In this document: one piece after another, positions 13,651 to 25,982 of the stretch
Layout: the number at the start of each line of letters is the position of its first letter
Numbering within the stretch: the first letter of the stretch is position 1
Origin: Octopus bimaculoides
Lineage: Eukaryota
Assembly (NCBI RefSeq): GCF_001194135.2
Contig: NC_069002.1
Coordinates: 32,710,483 to 32,761,823 of the forward strand
Reading direction: 5' to 3'
Length of the DNA: 51,341 nucleotides
Made by a program: the position numbers and the translations under genes
The notes under the pieces: model-generated
What the model saw: the letters and a program-made list of their open reading frames with translations, nothing else
Database searches by the model: none
Told to the model about the DNA's origin: nothing

Positions 13651-15251
13651 TACATGCCGCTGTCTGTTGATGCCAGTTGTATTGAAAAGTTGGTGGGTTA
13701 ATAGTGGCGATGATGTGGGTTGCATTGGTTTAAATGTTAGTGATGGTGGGCGGGAATTTGTGTTGTTGTAGTCGTCATATTGTTGTTGCTTATTGTATTG
13801 CTGTGATCGTTTAGTCTGAAGTTACCCCTCATACACCTAAGATCAGAGACATTTAACTTTTAAGATACATAGTATACCACATATATGGCTTTATTTCAAG
13901 TAGATCTGCTAGAATATTTCAGGCTGAGTAAAAAGTAAGCAACGTTTTGAAACATGAAATTCATCACAATATATTTCAACAATGCACAAATTTTATTCAT
14001 CAACATCACACAACGCCGGAGCACATTCTATCTTAGCATAACATATAACACGGCACCACCTGCACCACTTCATTATCTACATTAAGTTATAAGAGACGGC
14101 AATAGTCTCTTTCACCTTAACATTCTACGCTATAACACTTCCCTCCAAAATACACACATCTCCCGCGTTACATCTCTCGCTTTAACACAAAGCATCGCTA
14201 CACAATTCTACTTGTCGAATAGCGCGCAACTTCACTGCTCAGCACCACTGCGCCATTAATCTCCTTTAGAGTTCATTTTCGCACTACTGCCTTCAGCTTT
14301 ACATCATAGCTTCTTTCCAGGCATCTTAAATTGAAGGCAACTCCAGCAGCAGCGGCGATCAATTATGCACAACGAATATATAGGAAAATTTGGCTCAGTA
14401 ATGACCTGCTTTGTGAGAGCTGATAATTGCTTTATTCCCATTGATGCAATAGTGAAGATTAGAGGAAAAAGTGAAGGACTGAGGAAGAGAAAGTCCTGTA
14501 TGATTACAGTCAGCTGAAGGGCCACCACATAAATTTTATAGAGCAATACGCCCCTTGCACTTCTGAAACACATCCATACTCACACACAATGATCAGAAAC
14601 ACAACCATACTCACACACCATCATACACATGAGGTGCCGTACATGCCGCTGTCTGTTGATGCCAGTTGTATTGAAAAGTTGGTGGGTTAATAGTGGCGAT
14701 GATGTGGGTTGCATTGGTTTAAATGTTAGTGATGGTGGGCGGGAATTTGTGTTGTAGTCGTCATATTGTTGTTGCTTATTGTATTGCTGTGATCGTTTAG
14801 TCTGAAGTTACCCCTCATACACCTAAGATCAGAGACATTTAACTTTTAAGATACATAGTATACCACATATATGGCTTTATTTCAAGTAGATCTGCTAGAA
14901 TATTTCAGGCTGAGTAAAAAGTAAGCAACGTTTTGAAACATGACATTCATCACAATATATTTCAACAATGCACAAATTTTATTCATCAACATCACACAAC
15001 GCCGGAGCACATTCTATCTTAGCATAACATATAACACGGCACCACCTGCACCACTTCATTATCTACATTAAGTTATAAGAGACGGCAATAGTCTCTTTCA
15101 CCTTAACATTCTACGCTATAACACTTCCCTCCAAAATACACACATCTCCCGCGTTACATCTCTCGCTTTAACACAAAGCATCGCTACACAATTCTACTTG
15201 TCGAATAGCGCGCAACTTCACTGCTCAGCACCACTGCGCCATTAATCTCCT
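13650..15251 (+). repeat. Near-identical direct duplication (13650-14265 and 14639-15251) with a 373-bp spacer
   Basis: Base-by-base reading found only a 3-nt TGT indel and one A/C substitution. Confidence 0.95.
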
Positions 15252-15639
15252 CAAGCAATACCCCGTTTCTGCATTATGTCATTATATCTCAATACCAGCA
15301 CAATCCAACGCGCCAATACACCACACCCGACACCAATCCGGCTCTACGCCTCTAAAAATTTACGCCACATCGCCGCTACATCACTTAAAAACTCCAGCAC
15401 ATCACAATCCACCTCTCTGCCAATATATTCCTCAACCACTCCATATCTCATCCACACCACCGCTCCACACTTCACCATTAAACAATACTCCACCACTCGA
15501 CTTCAACATCCCGTGCTGTAATTTACAATGCTACGACCCCCTACTGTGAAATGTTTTTTCTCTACAAAACCTGTTACAAAAGTACTTTTTGGTTGACTGA
15601 TTCGGCATTTCAAAATCAATGTCATATTATTGTGTGCGC

Positions 15640-15687
<48 letters not shown>

Positions 15688-17157
15688 ACCTCTCTTTCTC
15701 TCTGACGCTCTCTCTCTCATTTTACCTGTCTTCCTCTCCGACGCTCTCTCTCTAGCTCCATTTTTCTCTCGCTATATTTGTCCCTGAATATTACATCTCC
15801 TTAATGTCTATCTCACTCTGGACACGCATACACAAACACACACTCACACATACTCACACACACAAACACACACACACACAGACATATATACACACATACA
15901 TACATGTACACAAGTAAATATATATACATATATGTGTAAACATTCATACACGTATATATATACATATATATATACACACATACACNNNNNNNNNNNNNNN
16001 NNNNNNNNNNNNNNNNNNNNNNNNNNNNNNNNNNNNNNNNNNNNNNNNNNNNNNNNNNNNNNNNNNNNNNNNNNNNNNNNNNNNNNNNNNNNNNNNNNNN
16101 NNNNNNNNNNNNNNNNNNNNNNNNNNNNNNNNNNNNNNNNNNNNNNNNNNNNNNNNNNNNNNNNNNNNNNNNNNNNNNNNNNNNNNNNNNNNNNNNNNNN
16201 NNNNNNNNNNNNNNNNNNNNNNNNNNNNNNNNNNNNNNNNNNNNNNNNNNNNNNNNNNNNNNNNNNNNNNNNNNNNNNNNNNNNNNNNNNNNNNNNNNNN
16301 NNNNNNNNNNNNNNNNNNNNNNNNNNNNNNNNNNNNNNNNNNNNNNNNNNNNNNNNNNNNNNNNNNNNNNNNNNNNNNNNNNNNNNNNNNNNNNNNNNNN
16401 NNNNNNNNNNNNNNNNNNNNNNNNNNNNNNNNNNNNNNNNNNNNNNNNNNNNNNNNNNNNNNNNNNNNNNNNNNNNNNNNNNNNNNNNNNNNNNNNNNNN
16501 NNNNNNNNNNNNNNNNNNNNNNNNNNNNNNNNNNNNNNNNNNNNNNNNNNNNNNNNNNNNNNNNNNNNNNNNNNNNNNNNNNNNNNNNNNNNNNNNNNNN
16601 NNNNNNNNNNNNNNNNNNNNNNNNNNNNNNNNNNNNNNNNNNNNNNNNNNNNNNNNNNNNNNNNNNNNNNNNNNNNNNNNNNNNNNNNNNNNNNNNNNNN
16701 NNNNNNNNNNNNNNNNNNNNNNNNNNNNNNNNNNNNNNNNNNNNNNNNNNNNNNNNNNNNNNNNNNNNNNNNNNNNNNNNNNNNNNNNNNNNNNNNNNNN
16801 NNNNNNNNNNNNNNNNNNNNNNNNNNNNNNNNNNNNNNNNNNNNNNNNNNNNNNNNNNNNNNNNNNNNNNNNNNNNNNNNNNNNNNNNNNNNNNNNNNNN
16901 NNNNNNATATATATATATATAACTTTGATGGGTTTCGTCCGGTATAGGCCCAGGCCATGTCTAATTCAATGGCACCACCTGGTGAAGTATTTCAGTCATA
17001 CACACACACAAACACACAAACACGCAAACACGCAAACACACACACATACAAACACGCACACATATGTATGTATGTATGCATGCATGTATGTGTGTGTGTA
17101 CGTGTGTATATATGTATATATTTATGTCTGTGTTTGTGTGTACATATGTACGTATAT

Positions 17158-17257
17158 ATGTCCTTATTCAGTTTTATTCCAAGATTTCTTTCCCATAGAG
17201 AAAGACCCGGTTTCTAACCTAGATCCAAGGCTCTTTCATTTGGATTTTCAACATCAA
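17158..17257 (-). repeat. Unclassified interspersed repeat F (copy 2)
   Basis: Reverse complement aligns to 1283-1380. Confidence 0.8.
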
Positions 17258-18263
17258 CAACAGGGTATTTTTGTATGTATACATGGAAATTTCTATATTT
17301 CGTTTCGTTTCGTTTATATCTTCTCATGCATATCTAGACATGCTCATATATACTTAAATGATAAACTTCAGGAAAGTTTCACAGATTTTTACGGTTCCAG
17401 TGATGGGATGGATCTGTAGTCTTCGAATCAGCTTTCTTCTTTCTGGTTTTGAGAAACCTAACAATCTAAAGATTGGTATTTACAATGTATGTATGTATGT
17501 ATGTATGTATGTATGTATGTATGTATGCATGTATGTATGTATGTATGTATGTAAGCGTGTGTTTATGTATTTATTTATCTACGTTCAGATAGACATTAAC
17601 AAGGAGAGGATTTAATATTCGGGGAAAAATATAGCGAGATAAATTTTGGCTATTGTTAATCTTGCTAGAAATAGCAAGTATATCGTGCCTTGCGGTCTTT
17701 CTAAAATGAGTGTGTCATTGGATATTGTGGTACATTGCTAAACATTCTTCTTTGGATTTATTTACAAATGGGATGGTGATTTTTTTTCTTCTTATATCTT
17801 AAACCTTTTTCATTCTACCGTCATAACGGGACCATGTATTATCTACAGCTAAACAGCAACAAAAGCAACAACAACAACGACGTCGACGTCGACAATTACA
17901 TGGAGCAAAAGCAATAAAAACGCTAAGTATTCACAAACAGACAACTGCATTAATTGAAATTAAGACAAGGTAATGGGTTTGGCAGAGATTATGGGTAAGA
18001 GAAAATGCACGAGAAAGAGGTCACGCTCGCTTGCACCCGCTATACACAGACTTTGTGCTGCGTGGCTAAGTGGAAATATAGGAAAACGCTATTTAATTTA
18101 TGCAATGTGTAGCTGTTGAGCACAAGAGTAGGCCTAATTATAGTGATCACAGCTGTTGTAGTGGTATAAATATATCTCTGTTCTTCTGTATATTGTGGTT
18201 AATATTATCCAAAATAACTTGTGACATATTGGACAATGTCACCATTAATATTGCAACAAGCGA

Positions 18264-18722
18264 AGGCTGCGAGCTGGCAGTAAAGTTAGCATGCTGGACG
18301 GAATGCTTAGCAGTATTTTGTCCGTCTTTATGTTCTGAGTTCAAATTCCGCCGAGGTCCACTTTGCCTTCCATTCTTTCGGGGTCGATAAATTGAGTACC
18401 AGTTACGCACTNNNNNNNNNNGGGGTCGATAAATTGAGTACCAGTTACGCACTAGGGTCGATGTAATCGACTTAATCCCATTGTCTGTCCTTGTTTATTC
18501 ACTCTATGTTTAGCCTCATGTGAGCAATAAAGAAATAAGAAACGTTAGCATGCCGGGCGAAATTCTTAGCGGGTTTCGTTCTGAGTTCAAATTCCGCCGA
18601 GGTCGACTTTGCCTTTCATCCTTTCGATGTCGATAAATGAAGTACCAGTTGCGTACTGGAGTCAATCTAATCGACTGGCTCCCTCCCCAAAATTTCAGAC
18701 CTTATGCCTAGAGTAGAAAAAA
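18264..18722 (+). mobile_element. SINE family B dimer (tRNA-derived head; TTTCATCCTTTCGGGGTCGATAAA..AGTACCAG central box)
   Basis: Two monomers fuse at about 18540. Features: A-box-like GAGCTGGCAG..GTTAGCA and B box GAGTTCAAATTCC. The central box resembles, from recall only, the Meta/MESC SINE domain. Confidence 0.9.
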
Positions 18723-18742
18723 ATATTACAGCAGGGGAAGAA

Positions 18743-19180
18743 GCGGGTGAGCTTGCTGAATCTTTACTAAGCAGGGCAAAATGCTTAGCGGTATTTCGTC
18801 TGTCTGAGTTCAAACTCCACCGAGATCGACTTTGCGTATATATTTTTTCGGGGTCAATAAAATAAGTACCATTTGAGCACTGGGGTCGGTGTCATCGACT
18901 TACTCCTCCCCCGGAATTACTGGTCTTGTGTCTAAAGTCGAAACCAATATTAGAGTAGGCAAAAGTGGCGAGTTAGCACGTCGGACAAAAATAAAAAAAA
19001 AGAGCATTGTAATATTTTGTCAGTGATTACGCTGTTTGTTCAAATTTCGCAAAGGTGGACTTCGCCCTTAATCCGGAAGAGGTCTATAAAATAAGTCCCA
19101 GTTCAGTATTGGGATCGATGTGATCAACTGGTATCCTCTTCCGAACTTGCCAGACTTTTACCAAAATTTGAAATCAGTAT
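18743..19180 (+). mobile_element. Two further, more diverged family B monomers in tandem
   Basis: GAGTTCAAACTCCACCGAGATCGACTTTGC...GGGGTCAATAAAATAAGTACC, followed by GTTCAAATTTCGC...GGTCTATAAAATAAGTCCCAG. Confidence 0.8.
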
Positions 19181-20000
19181 CATAGTAGGCGAGATATGGT
19201 CCATAGCTTTTTTTTTTTTTTGTAGACTGAAAGAACTCTGCCCTTTGCTACATAGAGAAGAAAATATAAAATGTATTAGCGTAAATGATCGTTATTCAAT
19301 TGTGGACTGGCAGCGTTGTATATGGAGAAAGAAACGTGAAAATGTGAAAACACGACCAGTATTCTTCGAGTGTAGAGTAGAAGAGTGGTAGAGAAATATC
19401 CATTTCTCTGTATAAATGTGATAACGTAAACATGGGAAAATGCTAAGGAAATATAATTAATGAATGTTATGTGAAAATTAGACTAAGTTGTGTAGTTTTA
19501 TTTGCAAAACGTGAACACAACAAGCCTAAATAAGGCGAAAATGTGAAAGCGTTGATGAATAGGCGTTGCATAGTTTCAATGGAGATGCAAATGGACACGT
19601 GAAACAACCTTTTTAACACGTGAAGTTATAAAATTTTAACTAAAAACGTGAAAATCTTTTAAAGAGTGTTAGAGTTATCTTATCTTACGTGTATGTACAT
19701 CAGAACGTGAGAGTATTACAAAAAAAAAAGAATAGTAAACACAGGAACATGTCAAATATCCTCATGTAATCGTTGTCAATTGTAACTGACAATGTTGTGT
19801 AACATTTTATAGAGAAAAAACGAAAACGTAATAAAAAAAAACATTCGTAAAAACCTGACTATGTTATGTAATCCGATTTAATCAGTCGTACATTTAACAA
19901 GGCTCTGCTGTGTGATTTATACGCAGGAACGTGTGATCGCATCAAAAACGTAAGAGAAGGGCAAATTGGTTAAATTATCTTTCAATCAGTTCTACAGTAT

Positions 20001-20225
20001 TTTCTTTTATACTTTACTTGTGTTCTGCCATTAGATTGCGGCCATGCTGGGGCAACAACCCGAGGAATTTTTAGTCAAATGAATCGACCCCAATATATAT
20101 ATCTTTTTGTTAAATCTGATATATACTCTATTTTCCCTTTGGCCGAACCGTTGGTTTACAGGGACGCAAACACACTAGTACCGGTTGTCAGGCAGTGGTA
20201 AGGAACAAATACGAACACAAACACA
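20001..20225 (-). mobile_element. SINE family A, old 3' half running into (CA)n
   Basis: TGCGGCCATGCTGGGGCA...ATCGACCCC...GGCCGAACCG...CCGGTTGTCA. Confidence 0.75.
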
Positions 20226-20229
20226 CACA

Positions 20230-20309
<80 letters not shown>

Positions 20310-20686
20310 NNNNNNNNNNNNNNNNNNNNNNNNNNNNNNNNNNNNNNNNNNNNNNNNNNNNNNNNNNNNNNNNNNNNNNNNNNNNNNNNNNNNNNNNNNN
20401 NNNNNNNNNNNNNNNNNNNNNNNNNNNNNNNNNNNNNNNNNNNNNNNNNNNNNNNNNNNNNNNNNNNNNNNNNNNNNNNNNNNNNNNNNNNNNNNNNNNN
20501 NNNNNNNNNNNNNNNNNNNNNNNNNNNNNNNNNNNNNNNNNNNNNNNNNNNNNNNNNNNNNNNNNNNNNNNNNNNNNNNNNNNNNNNNNNNNNNNNNNNN
20601 NNNNNNNNNNNNNNNNNNNNNNNNNNNNNNNNNNNNNNNNNNNNNNNNNNNNNNNNNNNNNNNNNNNNNNNNNNNNNNNNNNNNNN

Positions 20687-20730
<44 letters not shown>

Positions 20731-20761
20731 TGTGTGTGTGTGAGTGTGTGTGTAAATGTAC

Positions 20762-20793
<32 letters not shown>

Positions 20794-21192
20794 TAAACGG
20801 TGAAACCGCATAAAGTAACCGTATTATATCAGTAGTGTATGGAAAGGAACAGCGATATTTCCCTATATATTTCCCTATATAGAAATGTGAAACTATAAAG
20901 AGATAAAAGCGTTACTGTATCTCATTGATTGAAACAGTTTTATGTTATGTATAAGGCATACAAACGAAAACTTAAAACGTAAAAATAGCAAAAATATTAA
21001 GTAAACTTATTGAATCTATGCATGCATCAAGTAGCTGCGTGCTACAGTTTTGTATGGAGACAAGATATTCTGAACGCGTTAAATGAGCGGGAAAACGTGA
21101 AAACGTTAAATAAACTTTAGAATCTGTGTCATGTTCAAATAGAAAATTTGTATAGTTTTCTACACAGGGACGTCAGAAGCATTATACATTTG

Positions 21193-21511
21193 AAGTGTCT
21201 TCTACTATAGCCTCGGGCTGATCAATGCCTTGTGAGTGGAATTGGTAGACGGAAACTGAAGGAAGTCCGTCGTATATATGTATTTATATATATGTATGTG
21301 TATGTATATGTTTGTGTGTCTGTGTTTGATACCCCCTTACCATCGCTTGACAGCCGATGCTGGTGTGTTTACGTCCCCGTAACTTAGCGGTTCGGCAAAA
21401 GAGGCCGATAGAATAAGTCCTGGGGTCGATTTGCTCGACTAAAGACGGTACTCCAACATGGCCGCAGTTAAATGCCTGAAACAAGTAAAAGAGTAAAAGG
21501 GAGTAAAAGAG
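21193..21511 (+). mobile_element. SINE family A, 5'-truncated, with small internal deletion
   Basis: AAGTGTCTTCTACTATAGCCTCGGG...CGTCCCCGTAACTTAGCGGTTCGGC...CATGGCCGCAG...ACAAGTAAAAGAGTAAAA. The segment between two GAATAAGT repeats is missing. Confidence 0.9.
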
Positions 21512-21565
<54 letters not shown>

Positions 21566-21671
21566 GTAGGTGTTATTTTGCTGGTGTTGTATGCGCAATA
21601 GTGGAAATAATAATGGGAATATTAATAGTAGCAGCATAGTAGTAGTAGTAGTACTAGTAGTAGTAGTAGTT

Positions 21672-21725
<54 letters not shown>

Positions 21726-21959
21726 ATAGTAGGAGCAATTATCGTTCTCGTAGTTGTTGTTGTTGTTGTAGACAGTGTTTGTTCAATATTTCAGCCTTAA
21801 CTAAAACCTTCTCAGATCTGTCGTGATAGCAACAGCTATTTAATTAAAACTAAATACATTTTATCTGCTGTAAAAATAAATGGCAGAGGTAAAAGTGGGA
21901 GGGGAAGAGGTAGGCGGGAGGAGAAGGAGGAAAGGAGGGCAACTGAGTGAGAATGGGAG

Positions 21960-21969
21960 AAGGGAGAGA

Positions 21970-22012
<43 letters not shown>

Positions 22013-22022
22013 NNNNNNNNNN

Positions 22023-22064
<42 letters not shown>

Positions 22065-22456
22065 AGGCAGGAAGGAGAAAAAACAAAACGGGAATAAGAA
22101 GAGGATTAATGAATGAAATGAAAAAATGTGAAAACGTAGAAATGAAATAGAAACAGACATAGAGACAGACCGACAGACTGACAGACATGGAGAGACAAAC
22201 AGGCAGACATAGAAAGGGAGAAAGAGAGAGGGTAGAGAGAGAGAGGGGTAGAGAGAGAGAGGGGGAGAGACGCACAGGCAAAGATATAGACAGACACATT
22301 GATTGATGAATAACTAGATTGATAGGTAGACAGAGAGATCGACAGAGGAATTGATGGATGGATGGGTAGATAGATAGATTAGCTAGATAGACAAAGAGAA
22401 GGGTATATATATATAAATATAGATAGACAGAGAGCTAGATAGGTAGATAGGTAGAT

Positions 22457-22517
<61 letters not shown>

Positions 22518-22538
22518 TGGATAGATAGATAGATAGAC

Positions 22539-22571
<33 letters not shown>

Positions 22572-22579
22572 TACAGATG

Positions 22580-22612
<33 letters not shown>

Positions 22613-22680
22613 ATTAACCATATAGACAGAGAGAGAGGTATATATATATATATATATACGAATAAATATGTATATATATA

Positions 22681-22730
<50 letters not shown>

Positions 22731-23058
22731 NNNNNNNNNNAATAGAAATAAGAGAGAGAGAGAGAGAGAGTAATAGAAATAAGAGAGAGAGAGAGAGAGA
22801 GAGAGACGAGTAAATAGAGAGAAGTAACAGATTAGAGGGGGGTTGTTGAGTAGAGAGAAAGAAAAGCAAGAGTATTAATTAGTACAGAAATTGTGTGAAG
22901 TGAAAGGAGTAGCGAGAGGGAGTGGGAAGAGTAATGGAAAAGAATGTGAATATATATGCATGTTGAGAGTGAGAGAGAGAGAGAGACAGATNNNNNNNNN
23001 NGAGTAATGGAAAAGAATGTGAATATATATGCATGTTGAGAGTGAGAGAGAGAGAGAG

Positions 23059-23108
<50 letters not shown>

Positions 23109-23130
23109 GAGAGTGAGTGAGAGCAACAGA
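21960..23130. repeat. Compound (GA)n, (GATA)n and (TA)n tract
   Basis: Directly visible. Many further (TA)n, (CA)n, (TACA)n and (TCTA)n arrays occur throughout the window. Confidence 0.95.
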
Positions 23131-23251
23131 GAGAAAGACAGAGAGAGAATGAATGATATATATATATGTGTCGGTGTGTGTGTGTGTGTGTGTGTGTCTG
23201 TGTGAGTATCTTCCTATATATCTACATAGATATATATAAAGGGAAACGGCA

Positions 23252-23329
<78 letters not shown>

Positions 23330-23334
<5 letters not shown>

Positions 23335-24255
23335 ATATTTTACTAGTAGTAGAGTAAATGCTGTGGACAAGGCATAGTACGTGGCAAAGGAAAATAATCG
23401 ATAGAATTCGATGGAAAGGGAAAAGATAAAACGGGGAAAGATAAGAAAGAAATAAAATATGTATGGGTTGATAAATGTATGAAGATATAAAACGTTAAAG
23501 TAGAATGACGGTAAGGAAGAAATAACGGTAAAGGAGGTATAATGGTAAGGATGAGTAATAAAGGTACGGATGAATAACGGCAAAGGGTGGTAAGGATGGT
23601 AAGGAAGGCTGTTGGTGAGGAAGAACGAAGGTAATGATGAATATAGGTACGGTGAATAAGGGCAAAGAAGAATGGTGGTAAGAATGACTGATTGTAAGGA
23701 AGAATAAAAGTAAGGGTTTATAAAGGAACTGAGGAATAACGACGCGAAAAATGATGGTAAGGGAAAATAACGGTAAGGATGCATCGAGTACGGATGAATA
23801 ACGGTGAATGAGACTGATGGTAAGAAAGACTGGTGGTAAGGAAGAATAATGGTTAAGATGAATGAAGTAGGGATGAATAACGGTAAAGAAGACTGATGTT
23901 AAGATAGATTGATGGTAAGAAAGAATAACGGTAAGGATGAATAATGGTAAAGAAGACTAATGGGAAGAAAGACTGATGGTGAGAAAAATAAAGGAAAGAA
24001 TGAATAAAGTGCAGATGAATAACGGTAAAAAATACTGATGGTAGGGAAGAATAAAGGTGCGGATGAATAATGACAAAGATGAATGATGACAAGAAAGACT
24101 GATGGTTGGGTAGGATAAATGTAAGGATGAATAAAGTTATGGATGAATTATGGCAAAGAAGAATGTTGGTAAGAAAGACTGAGGTAAGGAAGAATAACGG
24201 TAAAGATGAATAACTGCAAAATAGGATGACGATAAGAAAGGATAATGAGAATGAT
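23330..24255 (+). repeat. Degenerate purine-rich minisatellite with a ~15-bp unit
   Basis: Recurring GA(T/A)GAATAA(C/T)GGTAA and GACTGATGGTAAG units. A weaker patch lies at about 25500-25620. Confidence 0.8.
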
Positions 24256-24804
24256 GGTCCATCTATCCAAGATCATCGCTCACCATTTTGGTGAGTGTCA
24301 TAGGAGTAGAGTACTCAGGTACCACCAACATAGTGCCGTATCAGCAGCAAACATTATCAGCCTTTCCCGCTGGATTCCCAAGCGTGACAAACAGAGAATA
24401 TGTAATACAGGGTGACAGCGTTAATTAGTGATGTGAATTAATACAAACTTGTTACAATGCTTGAGGCATATTCGAACCCGCAAGAAAGCCATTCATTGTA
24501 TTTTGTCATGGGAAAAAATTCTCTCTGTAAACAAATTGATGTAAATGCCCCGAGTCAGTCCACAGCTTTCCCTAACAAGACTGTTTAGTGCATACATTTC
24601 GGAGGGTTTCTCTCCTCTTCAGCAGCAGCGACTGGAAAAGCAGATCTTATATATATATATATATATATATATATACGGTTTAGATATAGATTCAAGGCTT
24701 GAATATGGTACTTATGCGAAGGCACCCGAATATCACATCCCAAAAGGATGGGTGATTAAAATCAAATAATAAGCAACACGGATTTCAAAAGTGATTGCAG
24801 TACG

Positions 24805-24855
<51 letters not shown>

Positions 24856-24861
<6 letters not shown>

Positions 24862-25185
24862 CCAATCACCTTGTTCCTGTTCTACCACTAGGTCTGTTCC
24901 CTGTTGGCTCAGCGTCAAGAATCCATCTTATAATTATTTCTGCCATACTCTAATCATATCTCCATCGTCCTGGAGGTGTAAGCTTTAAATATAGAGAAGT
25001 AGCGGCTCCACGTGGGGCGATTCTCTGATGTTCGAGGTACAATGTCCTGTCGAGTAACGTCACTCCCGAGATCCTTCGGAGGAACTCTATCTCAACTGCA
25101 TGTTTTCCCGTTCGTTCTCTTTCGGTCACTACTCAATATTCATATCTATAGGCGAGGATAGACACAACAACCAAATTGAATAAGT
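24856..25185 (-). mobile_element. RTE-clade LINE, degraded fragment of the C-terminal ORF region
   Basis: Minus-strand translation: FNLVVVSILAYRYEY*VVTERERTGKHAVEIEFLRRISGVTLLDR / SNIRESPHVEPLLLYI / IIRWILDAEPTGNRPSGRTGTR*LGD. This matches the RTE post-RT pattern (EMxFLRRIxGxTxxDR ... GxRPxGRPxxRW). Confidence 0.85.
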
Positions 25186-25215
25186 AAGGAGGGATAACGA
25201 AAGGCATGAATGACA

Positions 25216-25470
25216 GTGTGGAGGCTTAGTGGTTACGGTGTCAGCATCATGATCGTAAGATTGTGGTTTCGATTCCTGCACCGGGTGACGCGTCGTGTTT
25301 TGAGCAAAACACTTCATTGCTCCAGTCCAATCAGCTGACAAAAATGAGTAACGCTGCGATGGACTGCCGTCCCGTCCAGCTGGGGGGGGGGGACACATAC
25401 GCCATTGAAACCAGAAAACCGGGCCCATGAACTTGGCTAGGCTTTAAAAGGGCGCATTTATTTATTTTAA
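25216..25470 (+). mobile_element. tRNA-derived SINE: head, CORE-like box, body C
   Basis: GGCTTAGTGGTTA..GGTTTCGATTCC..TTTGAGCAAAACACTTCATTGCTCCAGTCC..CTGCGATGGACTGCCGTCCCGTCCAG; T-rich tail. Confidence 0.85.
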
Positions 25471-25869
25471 TTTTTTATGAATAACAGCAAAGAATAATAA
25501 TACTAATGAAGAAAATAGGTAAGAATGAATAATTAGAAGAAAAAAACGAATGTAAGGAAGAATAACGTTAGAAGGAGAATTTGGGTGAGAAGGAATATCG
25601 GTAGGAAAGGATCAATGAAAGAACAGAAGAAAAACTAGGATGAAGTGAAGTAACTATACAATAGACAGATCGATAAACTATCAATGGTCGATAGGGTATT
25701 GTATTCAATTTCATTTCTTGATTGATCTCATTTTGAAAGTTGATCGTTTGGGTGGGAATGTCAAGAATTACACACCTATCGTAAAGAGATGATTACGAAA
25801 TGGGTATACTAGTTGCTTAGCAGTTACAGTGTCCAGCTTGCTACAGTAAGATCGCGAGTTCGATAGCTT

Positions 25870-25982
25870 GCTTTAGGTGTTTTCGCTCAATAAACACTCA
25901 CAATGCCCTGTCTGGGAATCGAAACCGCGATGTTATGACCTCGACTCCGCTGCCCTAACCACAGGACCATTGCGCCTCCACA
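25870..25982 (-). mobile_element. tRNA-derived SINE, head type 1 fragment
   Basis: Element strand: TGGAGGCGCAATGGTCCTGTGGTTAGGGCAGCGG...GGTTTCGATTCCCAGAC. Confidence 0.85.

Noticed and set aside
13650-15251. LTR/TRIM interpretation of the 616-bp direct repeats
   Set aside because: No TG...CA ends, PBS, PPT or TSD on either strand.
17380-17465. Minus-strand exon-like frame GFSKPERRKLIRRLQIHPITGT
   Set aside because: It lacks a convincing donor site and has no recognisable homology.
18381-18452. Short direct repeats flanking 10-N gaps (also 22930-23060 and 43118-43178)
   Set aside because: These are unmerged contig-end overlaps, an assembly artefact.
19524-19545. GCCTAAATAAGGCGAAA hairpin resembling hammerhead stem II plus GAAA
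   Set aside because: There is no CUGANGA upstream.
23330-24255. CRISPR-like array
   Set aside because: No constant repeat with unique spacers, a eukaryotic context, and no cas genes.
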